Shown here: in pieces, positions 15,706-29,302 of the stretch
Layout of the letters: every line of letters begins with the position of its first letter
Numbering within the stretch: position 1 is the first letter of the stretch
Assembly: GCA_964016885.1 (NCBI GenBank)
Contig: OZ024753.1
Location: 35,588,001 to 35,652,000 of the forward strand
Origin: Eledone cirrhosa
Taxonomy: Eukaryota
DNA: 64,000 nucleotides
Direction: 5' to 3'
Made by a program: the position numbers and the translations under genes
Notes under the pieces: model-generated
What the model was told of the DNA's origin: nothing
Database searches by the model: none
Seen by the model: only the letters and a program-made list of their open reading frames with translations

Positions 15706-17081
15706 GGAGACCCAAAAAGATGTATACACACTTTCATTACCTCTACAGGCAATATTTATTAGAATGGTGCATACATATTTGGGGACACCCTGTATATTGT
15801 TTTTGAGGAAGATGGTGTGATTGATCAGGAACTTTGAGATTAGAAATAGGTGGTAATGAAACTACTACCTACTAGTCCATATTTTGATCTACCATAATCA
15901 ATCAACCCTCTAAAACGATTATAAATCAATGAAGTAATTAAGAACCCATCTTTAACTTTAGTTTTATTGTCATTGTTCAACACACACACACACACTGATA
16001 TTTAATATCATTGTATATTATACTCCACAAAACTGTTGAGTGCTCTGAAACAGTTATAAACATTTATATTTGTTGAATTACCAACCCTTCTGCTTATATA
16101 TATATATATATATATGTCATGGATGTGCAATAGTAATATACGTGAACGGCAAAGCATAAACGAACTAAGGAAAAAATTAGAAATAAGAGGGATCAGATGT
16201 TGTTTACTCGAGAGAAGGCTACGTTGGTACGGTCTCGTGATGCGCATGAAAGACGACAGCTGTATAACAAAGTGCAGGGCAATAAAGATAGACGGTAGCC
16301 ACGGAGTAGGCAGACCCAGAAAAACATGGGACGAGCTGATAAATTCCGACCTCACACGCTTACACCTCTCCAAGACCATGTCACTGGACCGAGACCTTTG
16401 GCGGTACTCAGTAATAGAGAAGACCCGCCTTACCTAAATACAAAGTAAAAACCTACTACAGTCAGTAGGCATCTCTATCAAAACACACCCCCGTCCCACC
16501 ACCTCCACCCCACCCACACCGCCCCTTTCAATGTAAAGTTATGTTGGTCCCACAACATCCAGGCCGAAACAAATGAGATCGTGTAGGTGTCACGACAAAA
16601 AACACAGTCCACGCTGTAAATGTGGCCGTGTAGGCAACACGGTAAAAACCTCCCAACCCCACACTGTAAATGTGGTTGGTGTTAGGAAGGGCATCCAGCT
16701 GTAGAAAACCCGTCAGACACTCCACGCTGTAATGTGGCCGTGTAGGCAACACGGTAAAAACCTCCCAGCCCCACACTGTAAATGTGGTTGGTGTTAGGAA
16801 GGGCATCCAACTGTAGAAAACCCGCCAGACAGTCCTATGCGAGCAAGACAACCACTCTTGCCTCAAGTGGGAAAACCCCCGTCCAAACCCATGCAAGCGT
16901 GGAACACGGACGCTAAACCTGATGATGATGATGATGTCATCATCATTACCATTTAACATCTGATGATATATATATATATAATGTGATGAAATACCAATGA
17001 TGGTTGGCAAAATCACTGATGAGGGACTAATTTTATAATATGTAATCCATGTGCAACCATGCAGTATTCTTCTTCCCTTTG

Positions 17082-17126
<45 letters not shown>

Positions 17127-17561
17127 CAATATTAAATAAATGGAAACTGTATTTATAAAACCATATTTATTTCATTATACATATTTCAGGGATACCAAAT
17201 TAAAATATGGTATGCCATCATCAGACAAAATACAATATATAAACAGTTTTATAAATAATTTTGACGTACCCTATTAGAAGTGACCATTACTTTTGGAAGC
17301 TGTCTGGATAGTAATGGTCGCTTCTAATAGGGTACGTCAAAATTATTTATAAAAGTGTTTATATATTGTATTTTGTCTGATGATGGCATACCATATTTTA
17401 ATTTGGTATCCCTGAAATATGTATAATGAAATAAATATGGTTTTATAAATATAGTTTCCATTTATTTAATATCGTATATCTACTCGAAAAACTTGTCGAG
17501 TGCTTTATATCAGTTATAAAATATTTACTTGTTGTTTCCCAACAATTTTAAATAGAACTTT

Positions 17562-17595
<34 letters not shown>

Positions 17596-18920
17596 CACCA
17601 TTTAACTTACATGTTTCAACACTGGCATGGGTTAGACGAGTTATCCTGTTGTGAGCAATGCCAGGTCAAAGTGATCATGTCTTGCTCATATATATATATG
17701 GAGGCATATGGCTTAGTGGCTAGAGCATTGGCCTTGCAATCGAAAGATTGTGAGTTCAATTCTCAGACCAGGTCATGTGTTGTTTCCTTGAGCAAGACAC
17801 TTTATTTCACATTGCTCCAGTTTACTCAGCTGTAGAAATGAGATGATAGGGACTGGGGCCCATATCATTCGACTGCAAAGTGGACGTGGAGGTCCCACAG
17901 CAAAAAAGCACCCAGCACTCACTGTAAATGAGGTTGGTGTTAGGAAGGGCATCCAGCTGTAGAAATCAAGCCAGAATCAGTTCCCGTCCCACCCTTGCAA
18001 GCAGGGAAAAGTGGACGTAAAATGAGGATGATGATGTGATGATGATGATATATATATATATATACCATCATCATCATCATTTTACATCCGCTTTTCCTTG
18101 CTTGCAAGAGTGGGATAGGCCCTCTTCAGCACAGTATCTCTCCATTCGTCATGTCCTCTGTCAGCTTCAGCCACCTCCGCCCATGTTTTTCATTATGAAC
18201 ACAACATACAAATATATATATATATATATCAAAGGTATATATTGAATTGGAAACTCAAAATAGTCTCTTACAATTAAATAGCTCAAAGAAAGAGGTTTTT
18301 CTGAGCCGTGTAATATAATTGAATATAAAAGAAAGATAAACACAGATATAAACGAATCTAGTCCCTTACGATTTGAACACAAATATGTTTATATCTGTGT
18401 TTATCTTTCTTTTACATTCAATTATATATATATTTATATATATTATAAAGAAAACGAAAAATCAGTGATGCATCTGGACCTAGTTTATTTCGTGTTACAA
18501 ATGTTTCGCCGGCATGTAGCTCGAGTCATGGTCCTTGTATGGATCTGGCTGATTCTACTTCTGCGGGTTCTTTCAGACATGGGTGTTATGTCCGGACAAA
18601 TTTTATCACATTTTATCACAAATTGTATCACACTCTACTCTGATGAATATCGAGTGTTAATTTTGGCATACCGCCTATGGAAGCACCATAGCTACCACTA
18701 TACACAAATATATATATATATATATATATATAATACAGATTAGAGCAAACATCACGGACACTCTATCTCAAAATTATTTTTGAAAAGCATTAGAAATGCG
18801 CAACCAGTAAAACTTAAAACCAAAACTGAATACTAACTAATACTATTACTAATTCTCACTTATTCCTAATTAAACTATTTTTCACTGTGAACAATTTGTC
18901 AGCATTTTCTTTTCCGTTTA

Positions 18921-18973
<53 letters not shown>

Positions 18974-19125
18974 TCAAATAACAGATTAAAGTTTAAGCAA
19001 AGAATCGCTGCTTTCACCCTTAACGGGATCTTCATTTAGAAGTAGAATAAATATTTGCTCTACGGTTCTTATATATTTGATATATATTTATCCTTATCGA
19101 GCCCTCTTTGGATTTTAGTCTTCAA

Positions 19126-19165
<40 letters not shown>

Positions 19166-19328
19166 GTTCTTTGAGTCTCAGTCATTGATGTTAGTTAACT
19201 GGAAAGTTTGTTGAAATGAATATCAAGCCACTACCTGCAGCCTCAGATATTCAGGACGTATTGGAGGGTTCTTGCTGTTCCCAGCAAGCATGCCTTTTGA
19301 AGCATTCCAAAAAGCGTGGCGGGACCAA

Positions 19329-19365
<37 letters not shown>

Positions 19366-22300
19366 ATATATATATATATATATAATGAGGGTTTATAACG
19401 ATATAGGACAATTTTGATCTCATTGCTTGCAATTTGCTCAACAAATCCATTTGGAGCACACACATAGGGTGAATTGAAAGGCAACATTCCCAGCCAGAAG
19501 CCTTTGCCATGACACGGAAGACAAGTATTGATTCAACATCTTAACTTATGAAAATGTTAAAGTACTCACAATTTGTGTCATTTGAAATGGCCAGTGTCTT
19601 TTTAGTTTATCACCTAAAGTTGTCAGAATATTAATATATATAAATCTGTCTGTGACTCTTTAAAATGTACATCTTAAAGAGTTACAGGCAGATATATGTA
19701 GCATATTATGTTTGTTATTAATTGTAGATAGGAAATATATTGTTTGTGTATGTATGTATGTACGTCCATACGTATGTATGTGTATATATTTTAAAGAGTT
19801 ACAAACAAATATATATAACTATACAAACACACATGGTGTATTATTATGTTTCATTAATGGTGGCTGAAGTGCATTTCTAATATATTATATGTTTACCTTT
19901 ATTTTTGTTTTCCTTTCTACAGAACCTATTGGTTACTACATGGGCAAAAACAACCTAGATGGCATAATAGTGTATACATATCCAGTGGATCAACGTATTG
20001 ACTCTTCTGAAGAGGAGTTAGCTTTTGGCTTCATGACACGTGACACGAATGGTGTACTGTCCCGCATCATTAGTAGTGTCAATGATGACTTTATAGAAAT
20101 ACGAATGGTTTGTTTTCATTTGTTTTTGTAACTGAAGTTTATATATAGCATGCACCACACCACTCACTCCCATACATCCCCCATCAGGTCAAGCTGAAGT
20201 GCACATCCAGTGAAGCACCCAGTCCACACTGTAAAGTGGTCATGTAGGTGTCATGACAAAAAGCACCCAGTCCACCCTGTAAAGTGGTCATGTAGGTGTC
20301 ACGACAAAAAGCACCCACTCCACACTGTAAAGTGGACGTTTAGGTGTCACGACAAAAAGCACCCAGTCGACACTGTAAAGTGGTCATGTAGGTGCCACGA
20401 CAAAAAGCACCCAGTCCACACTGTAAGTTAGGTTGGCACTAGGAAAGTCATCCAGCTATAGAAACCCAAGCCAAAATCAGTTTTGTTTGAGCAAGACATG
20501 GTCACCTGACCTAGCATTGCTCACAACAGAATAACTTGTCTAACCAATGCTAGCATGGAAAAGTGGATGTTAAACAGTGATGATGGTGATTTCAGTTATG
20601 AAACTGTGGCCAACCTCAGGGACCACCTTCAAAGGATTTAGTCAAACATAATGTATAACCACCCTTCCAGTACTTATTTCATTCATGTGACTGTGGGGCC
20701 AACTTCAGGGACCACCTTCAAGGGATTTAACGAATCATAATGTATCCCCACCTTGCGAATACTTTTTTTTTTCGTGTCTACACACATGCATGCTTGCTTA
20801 TGTTACAGCTAATATTAATAGTAACCGAATCACAATTTTGAATATTTTCCAGGTTGATGGTAAAATCCAAGCAATCTATGATACAGCTGGTAGTAAACAT
20901 ATTTTGAGCACCAGTGGTAACTACAGTGATGGCCAATACCATACTTTGTACTTCATGAGGAATTTTACAAACTCTAAACTGGTCATAGATAATTCTGAAG
21001 TTATTGCCAAAGAAAATAAAGGTCAGATAACATTTCTTGCTTCTTCTTCTTCTTCTTCTTCTTCTTCTTCTTCACTCATTCCTGAGAGGGTCATGGGGGC
21101 AGAGTCCTCAAACACTCCTTCCAGCAGGTCTTGTCAGTAGCAACCATCTCCAACTGATCTGGCTGGATCCCCAAGCATGACAAGCCAAATTCTTGGATGT
21201 TATCCGACCATCTTGCTCGGGGTCTCTTGCCAGTTGGTTTTGCCTGTAAAATCTGTCCAGCAATTCTTTCATGCTGCAAAAACTGGCGATGGGCCTGTGA
21301 CCTGTCCTGGGAGGCAGGGGATGGACTCACAAAGGTTGTGTATCTCTAGAGCCCGAAAGAGGGTCCAGAAAGGTACAAACCTTGACAATAGGAATTTGGA
21401 ATATCACAACATTTCTTGCTAATTTATTTAATTTTCACATCCTAGTACCTCATTCTGTTATGTGTATTTCATTTAAAATGAGTAGATTATATCCTTGAGT
21501 GCTATAGAACATCTGAGAGAGGGCACTTGCACTAGCGGTCAACGTTACTTTGGCTTATTGTGGGCTTTCTCAATGAGTGACCCTCAGAGGTATCCCCACT
21601 TTTGGGTAATTTCTTATGTTTTTATTTTAACCCTTTAGCATTTAAACCAGCCATATCCGGCCAGAATTCTCTCACCTCTTTCTGTTAAAACCGGCCATAA
21701 CTGGCCATTCATACTGATTTTAAGGTATTGTTCTCAAGATAAATAATATCAACATCTCATAAATTCGATATTATGTGAGATTACACCTTTATCACAAAAA
21801 TACAATAGTATATATAAAGTAATGTAAATGCTAAAGGGTTAAATGTTTATTTTTAGTCTTCTTTATAAAGCTTTCCCACACACAAAAACATCCACACTGT
21901 ACTATTCTATACCATCCTTATTGTCCTCTTCACCCTTTAGCATTTACTCTAATATTGTACTTTCATGGTAAAGGCCTTATCTCACATAATATGGAATCTA
22001 CGAGATTTTGAAGATGTTATTATTTATTTTATAAACAATACCTCAATGTCAGTATGAGTGGCCGGTTATGGCCGGTGTGAACAGAAAGAGGTGAGGAGAG
22101 AATTCTGGTCGGATGTGGCCGGTTTAATTGCTAAAGAGTTAATATAAGCTATGTGCCTAAATCAGAAAGCATTATTATTATTATTATTATTATTAAGGGC
22201 GGTGGATTGGCAGTATCGGTAGAGGGTCGGACGCCATGCTTTGACGCATAGAGTTACGGCCCTTTCCATTCTGAGTTCAAATCCCGCCGAGGTTAACTTT

Positions 22301-25300
22301 GCCTTTCATCCTTACGGGGTCGATAAAATAAAGTACCAGTAATGTACTGGGTAATTGATGGCCTTGTGCCAAAAGTAGAAACAATTATTATTATTGTAGT
22401 ATTATTGTAGTAGTAGTATTTTCATTATTATTTTTATTGCACATCATTACTGCTTTACCGAGCACAGCTCTGTGTGTCTTGAGTATGTGCAGTGTAGTTT
22501 TTGCTGATGTTTCTATTGTATTGATAGTACTTTTTGTATTGTGTGCAGTGCCTAGTAGTGCTATCTTTTGTATGCTGTATATATTTGTAAGTCCTGGGGT
22601 TTTGGTTATGTATTTGTCTGTGATTTTATCTTTCCTAGAGCACCTATTAATATAGGTATTGTTTCTGTTTACATTTTCCACGTTCGAGTTATCTCTATCT
22701 CTAGATCTTTATATTTGGAGAGTTTCTCTATTTCTTTGGTATTTATTATTATTATTATTATTACAGCTGCATTTATCTTGCTTTATGTTCATACGAGTTA
22801 TCACCAAGTCACAACCAGTGACCTCAAGAGACAACAAGGTCCGCCATGTTCAAGAAAGAACATACATACTCACACATGCATCTTTAGGTGTTTAGACTTG
22901 TGATGTACTTATATTGACAGAATCTTCCTTAGTATATGGGCAGTTACCATTAGTACTATCTTTTGTATTTCTCCTATACCGCTGGTTTCCTGGGATTTGC
23001 GATAAGTAAGCATTAGACCCCTTAGGTATCATTCCTAGAGCGCCTACAACCACTGGTATTGTTTTAGTTCTCAATTTCCACATTTTTCCAATTTCTATCT
23101 CCAGGTCCTTATACTTGCTCAATTTTTCAAATGTTTTTATAGATACATTCTTGTCTATTGGAACGGACATATCAATTAGCAGGCATACCCTCTTTTTAAA
23201 GTCCTTCAATATTATATCAGGTCTATTTGCATCTATTTTTTGGTCTGTTTGGATGCTAAAGTTCCACAAGATTGAGATGTGATCTTTTTCAAGTATGGGA
23301 GGTGGTTGATGCTCCCACCAATTCTTTTGATGGGGCAGGTCAAAATGCTTACACATTATCCAATGTATGTATTGTGCAGCTCTGTCATGCCTGTTTAGGT
23401 ATTCGGTTGGAGCTATAGGACTGCACATTGAAATTATATGATCAATGGTCTCTAGTTGTTTTTTACATACACGGCATAATGGGCTGCATCCATTTTTTAT
23501 TATGTTGGCTTGGTAATTTTTTGTTGGCAGACACTGATCTTGTGCTGATATAATCAGTCCTTCAGTCTCCGATTTCAGTCCAGAGGATGCCAACCACTGA
23601 TGGGTTAAAGTTTTGTCAACATCAGGATTGTTAGCTCGTTCTGGGTATTTTCCATACAGAGGCTTTTCTTGCCATTTCTTAGCCAGTTTCTGTAGCAGTT
23701 CTTTCTTTGCAGTTACTTTTACCTGCTTTGCTTTTTCTGTGTTTTCCATTTCAGCAGTAAATGGGACTTCTGAAATGTGTAGTCCATTACTGTATCTTTG
23801 TGCATCTTTTGTAATGGAGTATGATCTTTTGATGCTTTCGTGTTTCAAAACGAGTTTGATCATCCATCATCATCATCATCATCAGGTTTAGCGTCCGTGT
23901 TCCACGCTTGCATGGGTTTGGACGGGGGTTTTCCCACTTGAGGCAAGAGTGGTTGTCTTGCTCGCATAGGACTGTCTAGCGGGTTTTCTACAGTTGGATG
24001 CCCTTCCTAACACCAACCACATTTACAGTGTGGGGCTGGGAGGTTTTTACCGTGTTGCCTACACGGCCACATTACAGCGTGGACTGTCTGGCGGGTTTTC
24101 TACAGCTGAATGCCCTTCCTAACACCAACCACATTTACAGTGTGGGGCTGGGAGGTTTTTACCGTGTTGCCTACACGGCCACATTTACAGCGTGGACTGT
24201 GTGTTTTTTTATCGTGACACCTACACGATCTCATTTGTTTCGGCCTGGATGTTGTGGGACCAACATAACTTTACATTGAAAGGGGCGGTGTGGATGGGGT
24301 GGAGGTGGTGGGACGGGGGGTGTTTTGATAGAGATGCCTACTGACTGTAGTAGGTTTTTACTTTGTATTTAGGTATTATTATTATTATTATTCCAGATAT
24401 CTACCCAGCTGGTTATTTTGACAAATTGACCACCATAACTGTGGGAGCTGCTAAGAAGATATCTGCTAGTGAATATGAAGAACCATTCTATGGCATTATA
24501 GGAGGTGAGTTTTAGTTTAACCCTATATATAATACCTCACCACCTGAAACTGACCCTGGGTTTGGGATACAAAACTGATAATTTTAAAATGTTTCTGTTT
24601 TGTTTTGTTTTGTTTTATATGATTTCTTATATTTCTATATTTTGTCTTTGTTGGTCAGGTTACAATTTCAATAGATTATTCATGTTTAAAGATACCAATA
24701 AACTAACATTATCTGGTGATGCCAAACCTGCAGATATACCATATTCTCTTGAAGGGTAAGTAGAAATATTTCTCACAGATATTCTGTTCCGTTGTGAAAA
24801 GGGTTTGGTGCTGCCAACAGGTGTCATTAATGGTGCTGCCAACATGGTGTCATCCTGTCTCACACTGTAAATGTGGTTGATGTTAGGAAAGGGATCTTGC
24901 TGTAAAAACCCCAGCCAAATTTACAGTCCCGTCAGAGGTATGATGTGTCTGACCCATGCAAACATGGATTAATGGATGTTAAACAGTGCTGATGGATGTT
25001 AAACAGTGCTGATGGATGTTAAACAGTGCTGATGATGATTCAGAAATCAGTGGTCTAACATTGTGTTGTGTGTTTAATTCCTGTGTTTTTGTTGAAATTC
25101 ACTGTCTGTGTATTTCAATTAACCCTTTAACATTTAAACCGGTCATATCCGGCCAGAATTCTCTCACCATTTTCTGTCCAAACCGGCCATAACTGGTTCC
25201 TCATACTAACTTTAAGTTATTGGTCTCAAAATAAATACTATCAAAATCTCATAGACTCGATATTATGTGAGATATTTATGTAAAGCCTTTTCTCTGAAAA

Positions 25301-26266
25301 TACAATAGTAAATATAGAGTAATGTGAATGCTAAAGGGTTCATTTGGAAAGTTTTTATAAAATAACTGACTTTTTCATTAACTCTTTTGTGACTGAATCT
25401 AAACAGTGGAAACTCAGGTCACAAACAAATCAGTTCATGAGCAATTTTGAGAAGGTTTAGTAATATAACTAACTGGTCATGGTCCCAGCATTCCCAATTT
25501 TACAAGGGTCGGCCGAAAAGTTCATAGGCTGATACTCTCATGGAATGACCAAAATAGGTTTATTTTTCAACAGTCTTTGGAAAGTAACAATGCTGTTATT
25601 AATAAGAAGAGTTGAAATTAATGCATGCAAGATTTCACAGCTCTAGCATCAATACCATTAAATGTAAAATAGTCATGTGACTATATTATAAATATTTGTT
25701 GTTTTGTTTTATATATTTTAATTATATTCTCTTTTGTATTGCAGGGGAACTGATATTGTTCGTCCCCCTGAGAAACCAGAACCCACAACAACACCTGGTG
25801 GTGGTGGTGGTGGTGGTGGTGGTGGTGGAGGAGGTGGTGGAGGAGGTGGTGGTGGTGGTGGTGGTGATGGTGGCGGCGTAGTTGTGCCAGATGTCACTGT
25901 AGCCCCTCCCATTAATTCCGGAATTTTAATTGCTGGCGGCAAAGGTGGTGGTATGGGTGTGGCAATTGATGTGCCTGTTTACTCCCCCCTTGTTGCCGAA
26001 CCTGTCAAAGCAGGACCAGCTGTTGCTTTCAGTGGTGCTGGTGGGGGTGCTAGTATTGCAGAAGGTATCGGTAGAGCCGACCGAGCTGGGGCAGCTGCAG
26101 GAACGTTCTTGGGTCTACTTGTTCTCGGAGCCGGTTTTGCTTTTGGTCTTATAAAATTACTCCAGGGTGGCGGATTTGGTGCGGGCTCATCGACAACGGA
26201 TGGGGGTGGAATTTCAATATCGTCCCCATCTGCTGGGCCTGTTATACAGCAGTCGTCTGGTGGTGG

Positions 26267-26297
<31 letters not shown>

Positions 26298-29260
26298 GGT
26301 ATTGGGGAAGCAAAGGCCGCCATAGCCAATGGTACAGTTGGAAGCGGTGCTGGTGGAGGATCAAGCGCTACATCTGGCTTTACTTACATTGGTAGCAGTG
26401 GAGGGTCGAGTGCTCAAAGCGGTGGAGCAGCTGCTGGCTCCAGTGACTCGGCTACATTGCGAGTCACTGGAACATTCTCAAACAAAGGGACTGTGATTGG
26501 GACCCCTCAACAAGGCCGGGCAGCTACATCATATTCATCAGCTTCTTACTCTGCCAAACAAAGCGCCGTTAATCTGAACACAGACAGCAGCAGCAACCTG
26601 ACAGCAGGGGCAGGAGGAGGCAGTTCTTCAAACTTTGCCTATGTAAACAATACTGCTGGTTACGGTGGTGGTGCTGGTTACGGTGGTGGTGCTGGTTACG
26701 GTGGTGGTAGTGCTGGTGGTGGTGGTGGTGGTGGTGGTGGTGGTGGTAGTGTTGGTAACTACAACTATCAATCTAGTGTTCACAGCAGCAACATGGGTCA
26801 TTCAACAGGAGGTAGTTTCTCACAACAGCAGCAGTACAACAATGCAATGTATTCCACGCTGGGGGCATCAAGTGGTGGTGGTGGCAGTGGTGCATTGCAC
26901 GACAATGTCTTCGCTCAGAACACGCTCGATGCTGCAGGTTATGGTTCCGGAAGTAACACTCTCTCATCATCATACCAGTACCAAATGAAGTCATATTCTG
27001 CATCGAACTTTGAATCTCATGCATCTGGTTACAATACAGGTGGTGGGAGTATGGCATCAATTGGTGGCCCGATGGTTATTGCAGATGGTGTCAGAGTTGA
27101 TTGCTGTCTAATGACATCCGACGGCAAAAGTGTCATCACTGGTTCTACAACAGGCGCCCCACAAATTTGGAACATGCAGGTAAATAAACAATAAGAAAAT
27201 CTTATCTTCTATATATAAATTTGAGCGACTTCTGATTGTGAGGATGTAGGTCTCGTGATCATAAGGTTGTGGGGTTCAATTCTCAGACCAGATGAAGCAT
27301 TGAATTTTGATTGTCTAAATTTTGATTGTCTAAATTTTTATTGTCTAAATTTTTATTGTCTAAATTTTTATTGTCTAAATTTTTATTGTCTAAATTTTTA
27401 TTGTCTAAATTTTTATTGTCTAAATTTTTATTGTCTAAATTTTGATTGTCTAAATTTTGATTGTCTAAATTTTGATTGTCTAAATTTCAGACTGGTGAAC
27501 TTATCCGAAGTATGGATGGCAATATTGCTGGTGCATCAAACCTTCATCTTGCTTGCAATGGCCAACTGCTTGTGGGTTCTGCACATACAGATAACTTGGA
27601 TGTCAATGAATTTTCAACCAAAAAAGGAGTGACCAATAGGAATTTGCAGGTCAGTTTATTTTCTTACTATTTATCATCATCATCATCACATGGAGGCACA
27701 TGGCTTAGTGGTTAGAGCATTGGCCTTGCAATCGAAAGGTTGTGAGTTCAATTCTCAGACCGGGTGATGTGTTGTTTCCTTGAGCAAGGCACTTTATTTC
27801 ACATTGCTCCAGTTTACTCAGCTGTAGAAATGAGATGATAGGGACTGGGGTCCCTATCATTCCACTGCAAAGTGGTCGTGTAGGTGCCACGGCAAAAAAA
27901 CACCCAGCACTCACTGTAAATGAGGTTGGTGTTAGGAAGGGCATCCAGCTGTAGAAATCAAGCCAGAATCAGTTCCCGTCCCACCCTTGCAAGCAGGGAA
28001 AAGCGGACGTAAAATGAAATGATGATGATGATGATGATCACCCATTTTCCATATATATATATATATATATAATATTAAGGATACTATTTATGGTTATGTA
28101 TATACTAAAACTTTTTATAGTTATGTATATTTTAAACCCTAAACAGTGAAGGTCAGTAATTTATTACTACCTTATTACCAGTAAGATAAATAGCTCAATG
28201 TAATAAGATCAGTTGTTCTACAGAGCAGTTATATAGAATTCACAAGAATCAAAGCTATGTTCAAAGCATTTATTCACTTACAATTGTTTCATCCAAACCT
28301 AGGCTTGGAGTCTTAGGAGCATTTTTCAATGTTTGTACACATGATTCACCTCCTTTCCAACGCAAGAGACATACAGATACATATGTATATATTGATGTAC
28401 AGTGGAGTGACATATATTATATTATATTTCTGTATAGCAATTCAAAATCAAAATCCTCATTAAAACAAAATATATATATATAGTGGTAGAACAATGGAAG
28501 GTAATATCCGTAGTGGTAGAGCACTCAGTCCAAGGGACGAGTTAGGTAGAAGTGGTTACACAACAGTTAGTTCACCATACCGAGAACAATTGTTTCAGCT
28601 TAGCGGATCCTCAGCTCTTTGGATTTTATTATTACTATATATATATATAATGGAGGCATATGGCTTAGTGGTTAGAGCATTGGCCTTGCAATCGAAAGGT
28701 TGTGAGTTCAATTCTCAGACCGGGTGATGTGTTGTTTCCTTGAGCAAGACACTTTATTTCACATTGCTCCAGTTTACTCAGCTGTAGAAATGAGATGATA
28801 GGGACTGGGGTCCATATCATTCCACTGCAAAGTGGTCGTGGAGGTGCCACGGCAAAAAAGCACCCAGCACTCACTGTAAATGAGGTTGGTGTTAGGAAGG
28901 GCATCCAGCTGTAGAAATCAAGCCAGAATCGGTTCCCGTCCCACCCTTGCAAGCAGGGAAAAGCGGACGTAAAATGATGATGATATATATATATGTATGT
29001 AAAAGGTAAACAGAAATAACAACACAATCGGTACAGTGTATGGAAGGAATATATTAGTTTAACGCTTAAAATAGCAGGAAGAGGGTCTTAACGTTTCAGA
29101 ATAAAGAATGAGTAATTAGAAAGATTGAAGGGCTGAGCAGGGAAGGGCATCTAACAGTAGAAATCTAGTGAAAATAGTCCTATATGAGCAAGACACAGTC
29201 ACCTGACCAAACATGCCCCTAATGGGACAACCATGTAAAATGGATGTTAAACGATGATGA

Positions 29261-29302
<42 letters not shown>

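Noticed and set aside
17699-17775. tRNA genes at SINE heads
   Set aside because: A/B boxes are present but there is no proper cloverleaf, and the sequence continues into a SINE body and tail in several copies
25696-27060. Alternative-frame poly-Val/poly-Pro ORFs over the large exon
   Set aside because: Shadows of (GGT)n codons; only the Gly frame fits the splice phases
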